A stretch of 64,000 bases of DNA from an uncultured delta proteobacterium. GTDB lineage: Bacteria; Desulfobacterota; Binatia; JACPRU01. Shown piece after piece: positions 32,201-41,564 of this stretch. The notes under the pieces were generated by a model. The model was not told the DNA's origin, did not search any database, and saw nothing but the letters and a program-made list of their open reading frames with translations. The DNA is taken from contig CAVUWD010000020.1 of the NCBI GenBank assembly GCA_963745025.1, forward strand, positions 128,001-192,000, in the 5' to 3' direction. The position numbers were made by a program, and so were the translations under genes. Every line of letters starts with the position of its first letter. Position 1 is the first letter of the stretch.

Positions 32201-32990
32201 GGGCGTTGCGGCGGCTCTCGCCGCGCTGCCCGACCGTGAGCGCGTGCTGCCGGGCGGCCTCGAGGGGTGGCTCCATGGCGACGAGCGCCTGAGTGCGCTC
32301 GCCCGGCTGGACGTCTATGCGAACATGTACTTCTTCCGGCTGCTCGACTGCCTCGCCGAGGACTTTCCAGCGACGCATGCCGTCGTCGGTCACGAGCAAT
32401 TCCACGGTCTCGTAGCCGAATACCTGGCGGTCCATCCCTCGGAGCATCCGTCGGTCCGGATGCTCGGCCGCGCGCTCGGCGATTTTCTCGAAGCGCATCC
32501 GCTGTGCCGCGAGGTCTCCTATCTTCCCGACCTCGCGCGCTTCGAATGGGATCTGCTGGGGGCCTTCGATGCTGCCGACGCCGAACCGCTGTCGGCCGAG
32601 CGTTTGCAGCGGCTCGCGCCCGACGACTGGCCCGCGCTCCGGCTCGAGCTGACACCGTCGCTCCGGATTCTCGAGGCGCGCGCGCCGGTCCAGGAGGTGT
32701 GGTCGGCGGCCACCGAGGGACGCGGGCTGCCGAGAATTGCGCCGCAGCCGACGGTCCTGCGGATCTGGCGGGAAGACTTGCGCGTGTTTCACCGCACGAT
32801 CGACCGCGTCGAGCTTGCGGCGCTTCGCGCCGTCCAGCGGGGCGAGCGGTTCGCCGAGATGTGCGACGCGGCGGCCGCCCTGGTTGGAGAAGAGCGGGCG
32901 GCGTCCGAACTGGCGACGATCCTTCACCGTTGGTTCGCCGACCTCGCGATCGTGCGCCTCGACGTCTCCCCCGGTGGGACGGGACACTAG
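32145..32990 (+). CDS. DUF2063 MNIO partner protein (BufC/HvfC-like)
   Basis: RLDVYANMYFFRL...LAEDFP, DLARFEW, LRIWR motifs; overlaps the MNIO 3' end. Confidence 0.88.
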   Translation: MTRLRENQDVFWRLIRAPEGVAAALAALPDRERVLPGGLEGWLHGDERLSALARLDVYANMYFFRLLDCLAEDFPATHAVVGHEQFHGLVAEYLAVHPSEHPSVRMLGRALGDFLEAHPLCREVSYLPDLARFEWDLLGAFDAADAEPLSAERLQRLAPDDWPALRLELTPSLRILEARAPVQEVWSAATEGRGLPRIAPQPTVLRIWREDLRVFHRTIDRVELAALRAVQRGERFAEMCDAAAALVGEERAASELATILHRWFADLAIVRLDVSPGGTGH

Positions 32991-32997
32991 ACCCGTG

Positions 32998-33020
32998 CCA
33001 TGGCGACAGGGTCGCCATGG
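32998..33020. terminator. GC-rich hairpin immediately after the MNIO cluster
   Basis: CCATGGCGAC-AGG-GTCGCCATGG, perfect 10-bp stem, no U-tract. Confidence 0.45.
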
Positions 33021-33150
33021 GCATCGTCAGCTGCGTCGCTTGAAGAGCGACATGCTCACTGGCGCTTCGGCTACCCCGTATCGATCGGCCTATGTTGGCG
33101 GTCTGCGCCTATGTCTACCGCCGGTTTCGCAAGTCGGGGTGGCTGTAAGA

Positions 33151-33223
33151 GGCTACGGGCTTCCGGCCCCGGGCTGCAGGCTGCAGGAACGACTTCGCGA
33201 GGTCCTTCCCGTAGCCCGCAGCC
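33151..33223. repeat. Heptamer (GGCYNCN) tandem run with inverted partner
   Basis: GGCTACG GGCTTCC GGCCCCG GGCTGCA GGCTGCA ... CGTAGCC CGCAGCC between convergent genes. Confidence 0.55.
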
Positions 33224-33225
33224 TC

Positions 33226-33846
33226 CTATGCTTCCAGCGCCCCAATCACCGCTTCCGCGCTCGTCACCGAAGCGATCAGCGGCAGGATGTTCGCGACCGA
33301 AAATCGGTGCCACTCGTCGGGCGCGCCGGCGCAGCAATCCTCGACGAGCATCACGTCGAACATGCGGTTGGCCGCTGACCGCACCGTTCCCTCGACGGCG
33401 AAGTTGGTCGACACGCCCATCGCGATCAGCGTCCGTCGGCCGAGCGAGCCGAGCGTTGCCCAGAGCGCAGACCCGTAAGACGGATCGATGCTCACGTAAC
33501 GGTTGAGGACCAGATCGCCGGGCTCGGGCCGGATCTCGGCGTGGATCTCGGCGCCCCAGGTGCCGGGACGCAGGACCTGTTGCCCCTTGGACCAGCGGTA
33601 GATCGCGCAGTCGGGCTTGGGGATCTCCGGTCGATTCTCGATCGTCGCGTAGAGCACGGGGACACGCGCCGCGCGGGCAGCGCGAAGGACGCGCTTCATC
33701 CTCGGCAGCACGCCCCGGCTGGCGACGGCACGGGCGAGCGCTCCGCTCATGCCCTTCTGCGCCGCACGCGATTCGTGGACGAGATCGTTCTGACACTCGA
33801 TGACCACGACCGCAGCCTCAGCCTTGCGGATCGAGAGCTTTGACAT
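33226..33846 (-). CDS. Isochorismatase family cysteine hydrolase
   Basis: VVIECQND, GTWGAEI, MGVSTNFAVEGTVRSA, VEDCC; catalytic residues look divergent. Confidence 0.85.
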   Translation of the reverse strand: MSKLSIRKAEAAVVVIECQNDLVHESRAAQKGMSGALARAVASRGVLPRMKRVLRAARAARVPVLYATIENRPEIPKPDCAIYRWSKGQQVLRPGTWGAEIHAEIRPEPGDLVLNRYVSIDPSYGSALWATLGSLGRRTLIAMGVSTNFAVEGTVRSAANRMFDVMLVEDCCAGAPDEWHRFSVANILPLIASVTSAEAVIGALEA

Positions 33847-34086
33847 CCGCGCCTTCTGCCATCGACCCGCCGGTCAACGCAAACCAAGAGACGGAACGGA
33901 CGGGACGGCATCGCGAAGAACCTGGCGCTCGCGACGCGGTTACGCCAGGCGCGGACCCGACGCATTCATGACGTTCAGCGATTCGTATCCTTCCGATCAG
34001 ACCTCGCGAACCGGCGGCCCGTTTCTCGTCAACGTCACCATCGTCGGCTCCGGAACGATCAACGAGATGAGGCAGTCTACTGAATG

Positions 34087-34953
34087 CTACGACCGGCGCG
34101 CACCGACGAGCCAGACCGCCGAGTTCATGCGCAGGCCCTGCGGGCCGTGGAACGGTGCGAGCGCCTGCTTCACCGCGGCGACCACCCGCGGGCGAGCGGA
34201 GGGGCCGGCGTCGCGGAGCGCCGCGCCGGTCGGCCCCATCTCGACCAGGAACTCGACCGCGTCGTCGAGAGTCCCGCCGCCTCCGATGCCGAGCATCGTC
34301 TCGCATCCTTCGAGCGTGACATCGCTGAAGCCCGCGTCGCGGAGGATCCACCGTACGCGATCGGGATCGGCCAAGGAGAAGGGGCCCGGCGCCTCGGGTC
34401 CCGGCCGCGGCGGAAACGTGATCTCGCGCGCGGCCGCCGCCATCGGTACGGCCATCCAGGGGTTGCGCTCGAGCGCCTGCCAGCAGACGAAGAGGACGCG
34501 ACCCCCCGGACGAAGCGCTCGTCCGAGATTCGCAAAGGCTTGGGCGGGATCGACGAAGAACATCACACCGAAGCGCGAGTAGACGAGATCGAACGCGGCG
34601 GGAGGAAGTGGCTGCGTCTGCGCATCGGCATTCCAAAATACGACGTTCGCGGCGTCCGTCGCACGCGCGCATTCCAGTGCGCGCTCGAGCATCGGCGTCG
34701 ACACGTCGATGCCGACGACGGAGCCCTCGCGGCCGACCCGCATCGCGAGCTCCAGCGTGGTGGAGCCACAGCCACAGCCGACGTCGAGCACGCGCTCTCC
34801 CAGGCGGAGCGCAGCGCGTTCCGCCGCCATGCGGCCGAGGGCTCCGAGCTGTTCGTCGAGCACGTGCTGAAAGCGGATCCACTTCGGCGCCGACACCTCG
34901 TTCCAGTAGGTGATCTGCTCGGCGTTCGGACCGGTCGGGACGAGTAGCGGCAT
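34087..34953 (-). CDS. Class I SAM-dependent methyltransferase
   Basis: NAEQITYWN, VLDVGCGCG, SRFGVMFF, LRPGG, PGPFSLAD. Confidence 0.92.
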   Translation of the reverse strand: MPLLVPTGPNAEQITYWNEVSAPKWIRFQHVLDEQLGALGRMAAERAALRLGERVLDVGCGCGSTTLELAMRVGREGSVVGIDVSTPMLERALECARATDAANVVFWNADAQTQPLPPAAFDLVYSRFGVMFFVDPAQAFANLGRALRPGGRVLFVCWQALERNPWMAVPMAAAAREITFPPRPGPEAPGPFSLADPDRVRWILRDAGFSDVTLEGCETMLGIGGGGTLDDAVEFLVEMGPTGAALRDAGPSARPRVVAAVKQALAPFHGPQGLRMNSAVWLVGARRS

Positions 34954-35044
34954 CGCGCCTTGGTAACATCCCGTGGCGCCAGACGCCATCTTGAACCTGC
35001 GAGTTCGTTGTGCGTATTCGGGGCTCGGAAGGCCACGCATACGC

Positions 35045-35389
35045 ATGGACCCGAAACGCATGCCGCGACGATCTCGCGGGAGCGCAATTCTCCTCGGCGT
35101 TGCGCTGTTTCTCGGCACCGCGCTTTCGGGCGCGCAGGCGCGTCACGACGATTCGCGCGAGGAGCGCGATCGCGGTGGCGACGTGTTTGCCACGACGCGC
35201 GGCCTGAACGAGATGGGCGTTCATCCGGCGCTCGAGGTCTCGATCTCGCCTGCGGCCGTGGTGCTCGGAATCGTCTTCGTACCGTTTGCTCTAATCGCCG
35301 GGGGGATGATGCGCGGAACGGACGCGCGTCGGGAGGACTCATGGCAACCGTCCGCGTCGAAGACCGCTCTGGAGGCGTGCGCGTCCTAA
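35045..35389 (+). CDS. Hypothetical membrane protein
   Basis: Signal-like N-terminus (AQA) and one further TM helix; overlaps the next gene. Confidence 0.45.
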   Translation: MDPKRMPRRSRGSAILLGVALFLGTALSGAQARHDDSREERDRGGDVFATTRGLNEMGVHPALEVSISPAAVVLGIVFVPFALIAGGMMRGTDARREDSWQPSASKTALEACAS

Positions 35390-36102
35390 CACTCGACCGT
35401 CCGCCCGCGAACGCCGAGGACGTGACGCTGCTCGCCGATCTTTCGGCCGCGCTCGATGACGCGGGAGCGGATTCGCGCGTGCGCGCGGTCGTGCTCACGG
35501 GCGCCGGCAGGTTCTTTTCCGGGGGCTTCGACCTCGCGACTGAGCGAGTCGGCGACGACGAGGTCGCGGTCCTGACGACCCTCTTCCGCGACACGCACGT
35601 GAAGCTTCTCACCCTTCCGAAGCCGACGATCGCGATGGTGAACGGCCACGCGATCGCCGGCGGCTTGATTCTCGTGCTCGCCTGCGACTATCGCCTCGGC
35701 CTCGACGCCGACTACAAGATCGGCCTCAACGAAGTCGCGATCGGCGCTGCCTATCCGAAGGTCGCGCTCGAGATCGCGCGCCTCCGCCTCGCCCATGCGC
35801 GCGCGGCCGAGCTCCTGCTCGGCGCGGCGCTCTATCCGGCGAGCCAGGCGATCCGGCTCGGCATCGTCGACGAGCTCTTTCCGGCCGACACGCTCGCGGA
35901 GACCGTGATGCGCCGCGCGCAGCGCATGGGAGCCTTTCCCCGCGAGGTCTACATCCACACCAAACTCGCACTGGTCGCCGACACGGTGGCGCGGGTGATG
36001 GCCGAGACGCCCGAAGAAGCGGTGCACACCGCGGCGCTCTGGCAGACCGCGGAGAGCCGCGCCGCGCGCGCCAAGCAACGCGAAACGCTCGGCAAGAAGT
36101 GA
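35341..36102 (+). CDS. Enoyl-CoA hydratase/isomerase family protein
   Basis: LTLDRPPANA, FFSGGFDL, VNGHAIAGG, GLNEV. Confidence 0.92.
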   Translation: MATVRVEDRSGGVRVLTLDRPPANAEDVTLLADLSAALDDAGADSRVRAVVLTGAGRFFSGGFDLATERVGDDEVAVLTTLFRDTHVKLLTLPKPTIAMVNGHAIAGGLILVLACDYRLGLDADYKIGLNEVAIGAAYPKVALEIARLRLAHARAAELLLGAALYPASQAIRLGIVDELFPADTLAETVMRRAQRMGAFPREVYIHTKLALVADTVARVMAETPEEAVHTAALWQTAESRAARAKQRETLGKK

Positions 36103-36749
36103 TCCCTCTCGAGGTCGACGGCCCCGATCGCGCCGAGCGGACGATCGTGCTGGCCCACGGCGCCGGGGCGCCGATGGATTCGCCGTTCCTGAGTCACTTC
36201 GCTCGCGGCCTCGCGGCACGCGGGCTTCGAGTCGTTCGCTTCGAGTTTCCCTACATGCAGGCGCGCCGCGGCGGGCGGCGCGTGCCGCCGGACCGACCGC
36301 CGGTGCTGCGCGCCTGCTGGCTCGAGGTCGTCCGCGAGCTCGGCGGCGCGGAGCGGCTGGTGATCGGCGGAAAGTCGCTCGGTGGCCGGATCGCGAGCCT
36401 CGTCGCGGACGAGGTCTCGGCACGAGGGCTCGTGTGCATCGGCTACCCGTTTCATCCGCCCGGCAAGCCGCAAGCGCTTCGCGTCGAGCATCTGCGAACT
36501 CTGCGAACGCCGACGCTGATCGTGCAGGGCACGCGCGATGCGCTCGGCTCGCAGGGAGACGTCGCAGGCTACTCGCTCTCGCCGGCGATTCGAGTTCACT
36601 GGATCGCGGACGGAGATCATTCGCTGAAGCCGCGGGTACGCTCGGGCCGCACGGAATCGCAGAATCTCGACGAGGCAGTGGCGGCGATCGCCGACTTCGC
36701 CGCGAGCGAGCCCCAGTCGAATCGCTCGAGCGCGTTGCGCCGCAGGTAG
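36099..36749 (+). CDS. Alpha/beta hydrolase (KANL3/Tex30-like)
   Basis: LAHGAGAPMDS, GGKSLGGR, GYPFHPPGK, QGTRD, GDHSL. Confidence 0.92.
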   Translation: MIPLEVDGPDRAERTIVLAHGAGAPMDSPFLSHFARGLAARGLRVVRFEFPYMQARRGGRRVPPDRPPVLRACWLEVVRELGGAERLVIGGKSLGGRIASLVADEVSARGLVCIGYPFHPPGKPQALRVEHLRTLRTPTLIVQGTRDALGSQGDVAGYSLSPAIRVHWIADGDHSLKPRVRSGRTESQNLDEAVAAIADFAASEPQSNRSSALRRR

Positions 36750-37070
36750 CGCTGGAGCACGTTGTCGACGTGGGCGTCGCCGTAATAGACGCCATTGGGC
36801 CACTTCGCGACCTCCTCGCGGAAGGGTCGTCGGGCAATGCCGATCGAGGGCTTCACGGCCTGAAGGACCGTGGACGCGCTCGACGACGGTGGCGGCGGGA
36901 AAGCGCGCGCCCTCGGCTCAGATGTCGAGCGCGAAGCGCACCGGCAGCGTCGAGGACAGCATGGCCTGCGGGATGTCGACCGAGAGCCCGGCCAGCCGCC
37001 CGCGGGCGTCGCGGATCGTGGCGTTGCGCTCGTTCGACTGATCGAGGAGCGCGCCGGCGGTCGATGTCAC
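36750..37070 (-). pseudogene. Remnant of a hydantoinase B/oxoprolinase gene
   Basis: LLDQSNERNATIRDARGRLAGLSVDIPQAMLSSTLPVRFALD and RRPFREEVAKWPNGVYYGDAHVDN resemble two separate parts of this family. Confidence 0.5.
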
Positions 37071-37873
37071 GTAACGCGCCTCGCCCGGAGCGCGAGGAAC
37101 ATCGGGATCTCCTCGCGGCTTTTGTCGAGCGCCGCCTTGCGAGGCCCCGCGGGGCTCGTCTTGTGGCTCGGCCACTCCTCGACGCGGTCGATCGCAAAAC
37201 CGGCAGAGCCGAGCGTGTTGACGTAGGCCTGAAGCGGACGGTGAAAGCTCGGCGTCGTTTGCGACGGGTCGGACCCCGGATGGATCTGAATCTCCGCGCG
37301 GCTCGAGCTCAGGTACTGCTCGATCGCGCGATACTGGACGCGCCTCTGCTCGTCCCAGCCCCAGTGGCTCGCGCGCGGTACGCGGAAACAGGGGTGCATC
37401 ATCACCACGACGAGCCGCCCGCCGCGCGCGAGCACCCGATGGCAGCCTTCCCAGACCGGGGACAGCGGGGCGATGTTCTGAATCGCCAGAACGATGACCG
37501 CGACGTCGAATCCTCCCGCGTCGCAGATGTCGGCGAGGCGTCGGGCGTCGCCGACCCGGTAGTCGATTGCAAGCCGATCGGATTGGTTCCGCCGCTTGGC
37601 CGCTTCGATCAGTGCGGGCGCGATGTCGATGCCGGTCACGCGCGCGCCGGCTTCCGCGAGCGCCCGGCAGAGCACTCCCTGGCCGCACGCGACGTCGAGC
37701 ACACGCTCGCCGCGCTTGGCATCGACTAGCTTCACGGTGCGCGGGATGACGACCTCTCGGTGGTACTCGCTGCCGCGCTCGCCGACCAGCTCGTCATACC
37801 AGCCCGCGATGTCTTGCCAGCCGCGCTTCCGCGGGAGTCGACGGCCGCGCTGCCGATTGCGAGACAGATTCAA
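37067..37873 (-). CDS. Class I SAM-dependent methyltransferase
   Basis: VLDVACGQG, GIDIA, HPCFR, FHRPL. Confidence 0.9.
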   Translation of the reverse strand: MNLSRNRQRGRRLPRKRGWQDIAGWYDELVGERGSEYHREVVIPRTVKLVDAKRGERVLDVACGQGVLCRALAEAGARVTGIDIAPALIEAAKRRNQSDRLAIDYRVGDARRLADICDAGGFDVAVIVLAIQNIAPLSPVWEGCHRVLARGGRLVVVMMHPCFRVPRASHWGWDEQRRVQYRAIEQYLSSSRAEIQIHPGSDPSQTTPSFHRPLQAYVNTLGSAGFAIDRVEEWPSHKTSPAGPRKAALDKSREEIPMFLALRARRVT

Positions 37874-38380
37874 GGAAGGGAGCTCCTTTTGAAGTAGGGT
37901 ATGGTCACGTCGTCGTTCCTCTTCTCGAACACCCCGTCTCGGTGTGCACGCAGCAGTCGATGCGCTTCACGCTTTCGTCCTCGGACTTCCGGGTGAGCCG
38001 CGCGCAGGTGATCGTCTCTTCGCGCAGGATTCAATGTAGGATTCAATCAAGCGCTCTAATCATGTGCTTGAAAGTTCGGTCAAGTCGCAGCAGCCCTCGG
38101 CTGTCCGCCTTCGGCTTTCGGCAAAGATATCGTTGCGGCGATAGCGCACAACCGACAGCCGAAGGCGATCCGCAATTCGAGGCGATCCCCGATGCAAAGT
38201 GCCTCACTGTCGACGTGTTTTGGTCGACGTGTTTTGGCTTGTGCTGCCTGTGCCGCCTGTGTTACAGGCATACGCAGTGGTTGAGGCGAAGGTTTTGGCA
38301 GTCCCCGCAGACCGTTTCCGGCCAGCAAGCTGACAAAATTTTTTTCCCTCAAAATTTACACGGAAAGGGGGTCAGCAAGA

Positions 38381-38581
38381 GTGGCTCAGGGAATGGTCAA
38401 ATGGTTCAATAGCCAAAAGGGTTACGGATTCATCACCCAGGACGACGGCCAGGACGTTTTCGTCCATTATAGCGCCATCGCCGGTGACGGGTTCCGCAGC
38501 CTCGAGGAAGGCCAGCGCGTCACCTTCGACGTCGTCAAGGGTCCGAAAGGGCTCCAGGCGTCGAACGTCGCCAAGGCGTAA
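38381..38581 (+). CDS. cspA: Cold-shock protein
   Basis: [34 protein letters not shown]. Confidence 0.97.
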   Translation: MAQGMVKWFNSQKGYGFITQDDGQDVFVHYSAIAGDGFRSLEEGQRVTFDVVKGPKGLQASNVAKA

Positions 38582-38603
38582 GCGGTAACGGAACCAAGAA
38601 TCG

Positions 38604-38645
38604 AGAGCCCCCGTGGCGGCAACGCCCGGGGGCTTTTCTTTCTTG
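38604..38645 (+). terminator. Intrinsic terminator after csp
   Basis: AGAGCCCCCG...CGGGGGCTTT followed by TCTTTCTT. Confidence 0.8.
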
Positions 38646-38814
38646 CAGGTCGCCGAATATCGGCTACCGACTGTACGCCGAGAGCAACGATCGGAGCACG
38701 GAGCGGGGCCATGGCGATCGCATTCTGGATGAGGCCGGGATCGCCGACGCGCTCGAAGATCGTCGTCACGCCGTGCCGCCGAGATCCTTTGCGACCGTTC
38801 CGGGCTCTTGCTCG

Positions 38815-40729
38815 TCATCTCGTCGGGCGGGAAGTCGACGTGACTCGCTGACCGAAGCGGACGAAGAGGACGAACAGCAGCAGGAACGGCAGCATCGTCG
38901 CGACGTCCTCCCAGGCGCCGCTGCCCGGAGAGCGGAGCGCAACGCGGTCGGCGAGCCCGCTCACCACGAGCGCGGCGACGCCGATACCCATCAGGGCGTC
39001 TCCGGCGACCAGTCCCGAGGCGAGCAGCGTGAGCGACTCGCGGAGATGCGGCTCCCCTTCACCCGCACGTGCGGCCGATCTCTCGCCGACGAGGTGAGGC
39101 CCATGGAGAAGCCAGGAGGCGAGGCCGCCGAGGATCAACGGCGCGGAGGTCGTGATCGGCAGATAAAGACCGATCGCGAACGGCAGGCTCGCCACGCCGA
39201 ACGCTTCGGCGAGGAGCGCGAGCCCCGCGCCGAGGGAGAGCAGCCGCCAGGGGAGGTCTCCCTGCATCACGCCGGCGGCGAGCGTGGCCATGAGCTTCGC
39301 TTGCGGGGCGGGCAGCACTGCCGAGCCGATGCCGTACGCCTTGTGGAGCAGGAATAGCACCCAGCCCGCCCGCAGCGCGGCGACGGCGGTGCCCACGATC
39401 TCGCCGACCTGGAGTACCCACGGGGTCGCTCCCACGAGCGCGCCCGTCTTCAGATCTTGGCTCATGTCGCCGGCGAGCGCGATCGAGACCGCCACGATCG
39501 CCGCTACGCGGATCGCCGCGGCGGCGCCCTCGGCGCCGGATCGTCCCGAGAGCAGGATGGCCAGCGCGGTGACGAGCAAAGCGGTGATCGTCATGCCCGA
39601 GACCGGCTGCGAGGTCGTGCCGATCAACCCGACGATCTCCGAAGAGACGACGACGAAGAAGAACGTGAAGGCGACCGCGAGCAGCGCATCGGCGAGCCTC
39701 ATGTGGAACCAGGGGAGCAGCCAGAGGCCGAGCGCGAGCACTCCGACGCCACCGACGACGACCGCGCCGGGGAGGTCGCGATCGGTGCGTGCGCTGCTCG
39801 CCGCCGATCCGTCGAGGCTCGAAAGCAGGCTGACGACCGCAGCGCGCATCGCCGGCAGCGCGCGGATGAGCGAGACCATGCCGCCCGCCGCGACGGCGCC
39901 GGCGCCGACGTAGCGGACCGCCTGGCGCCAGATCTCCTTGGCATCGAGCGCGCCGATGCCCGCGGGCAAGCCGAACCAGACGGCGTGGTCGCCGAGGACG
40001 TCAAAGAACGGAATCAGCGCCACCCAGCCAATCAGCCCGCCGGCGAGCATCACCGAAGCGATGCGCGGGCCGATGAGGTACCCGACGCCGAGAAACATCG
40101 GCGACAGCTCGAAGCCGATCGATGCCTTGTGGAGGGACGATACACTCCAGAAGACCGTGTCGTTCCACAGGCGGAGGCCGCGCCCGAGAATCGTGTAGAG
40201 AGCTCCTGCGACGATACCCCCGAAGACCGGCCGCGCGCTCGCGCCGCCCTTGTCGCCGGCGATCAGTACCATCGCGCACGCTGTGCCCTCGGGAAACGGC
40301 AGCTCGCCGTGCCGCTTCACCGTGAGCGTATCCCGCAGCGGAATCATCATCAGCACGCCGAGCATCCCGGCCGTGGCGCCGAGCAGGAAGATCTCGAAGC
40401 CGCTTGGCGCGAGCCCCAGGAAGATCAGTGCCGGCACGGTGAAGATCACGCCGGCGGCGAGCGACTCGCCCGCCGAGGCGATGGTGTGGACGACGTTGTT
40501 CTCGAGGATGGTGCCGCGGCGGAGGATGCCGCGCAGCACGGCCATCGAAAGCACCGCCGAGGGAATCGAGGCCGAGACCGTGAGCCCGATCTTCAGCGCC
40601 AAATACGAATTGACCATTCCGAAAGCGAGCGAGAGAGCCGCACCAAGCAGTACGGCGCGCACCGTGAGCTCGGCGACTTTCTGCTCCGGGCGGACGTAGG
40701 GGACGAGGGGAGAGTGGAGCGCGACTCAC
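38815..40729 (-). CDS. OPT family oligopeptide / metal-chelate transporter (probable indel near the start)
   Basis: PYVRPEQKVAELTVRA, TVSASIP, ENN, FPEGTAC, PVSGMT, QDLKTG, APQA; GTG 40729 is out of frame with the body of the gene. Confidence 0.92.
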
Positions 40730-41445
40730 TCCGCGATTTCGAACGTCACGGTGACGTTGGCGTGAAGCTCTATGGTGCCGGGCTCCACCGGAGTCGGCGG
40801 CGCGCCGCCACGAGCCATCGCGGCACCGATCATCATCGGACGGACGATCGGCGGTTCGCCGGCAGTCTCGGCTGCCCGCACGCGAAGAATCTTGACGCCG
40901 AGCGCCGAAGCGATCACCTCTGCCTCCGCCTTGGCGCGGCTCACGGCCTCGCGCAGCGCTCGCGCCCGCACCTCCTGCTCGTTCTTGAGCGAAAACCGAA
41001 GACCGCGGATGTCGTTCGCCCCGGCAGCCGTCCCGGCATCGATGACCGGGCTCACCCGCGAGAGATCGGCCGTGGTGACGCGGATCACGTTCTGCGCCGA
41101 ATAGCCGCTGATCGATGGCGCACGGTTCGGCTTACCCTCGCCGTAGAGCGGCGTCACCGAATAGCCGACCGTCGTGACGTCCGCCTCGGTGTCGAGGGTC
41201 TTACGCACGGCGGCCAGCACGACGTCGACGCGCTTCGCATTCTCGCTGGCGGCCTGCTCGGCGCTCGCGGCCTGCGTCAGCACCCCGAGATCGATCTCCG
41301 CCCGATCGGGCGCGGCGCTCGCCGAAGCCACGCCGACGACCCGGATGATACGGGGTTCCTTGCCGTCGGTCTCCGCGCCGGTCGCGGTGCGGCCGTGGAC
41401 GAGCGCGAGAAGAGCGAGCGCGACGGCGGGACGTTCGAGGCCCAT
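40726..41445 (-). CDS. SIMPL (DUF541) domain periplasmic protein
   Basis: Signal peptide, IRVVG...PDRA, AGAN, AKAEAE..A..LG, ANVTVTF. Confidence 0.88.
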   Translation of the reverse strand: MGLERPAVALALLALVHGRTATGAETDGKEPRIIRVVGVASASAAPDRAEIDLGVLTQAASAEQAASENAKRVDVVLAAVRKTLDTEADVTTVGYSVTPLYGEGKPNRAPSISGYSAQNVIRVTTADLSRVSPVIDAGTAAGANDIRGLRFSLKNEQEVRARALREAVSRAKAEAEVIASALGVKILRVRAAETAGEPPIVRPMMIGAAMARGGAPPTPVEPGTIELHANVTVTFEIAE

Positions 41446-41564
41446 GCAGGTCGGCAGGATAGTATGGCGGCAGAGCGGAGGCGAGTACCGAACCGCGCCA
41501 TCGGCTACCGGCAAAAGAACAGAAGGTCTTTGCCGATCGCCGAAGACCGATAGAAAAGGACCGC

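Noticed and set aside
40663-40729. Stop-codon readthrough or selenocysteine joining SIMPL to OPT (the TGA is in frame with OPT)
   Set aside because: A single missing base in the C-run after GTG 40729 explains it more simply; no SECIS-like hairpin is evident.
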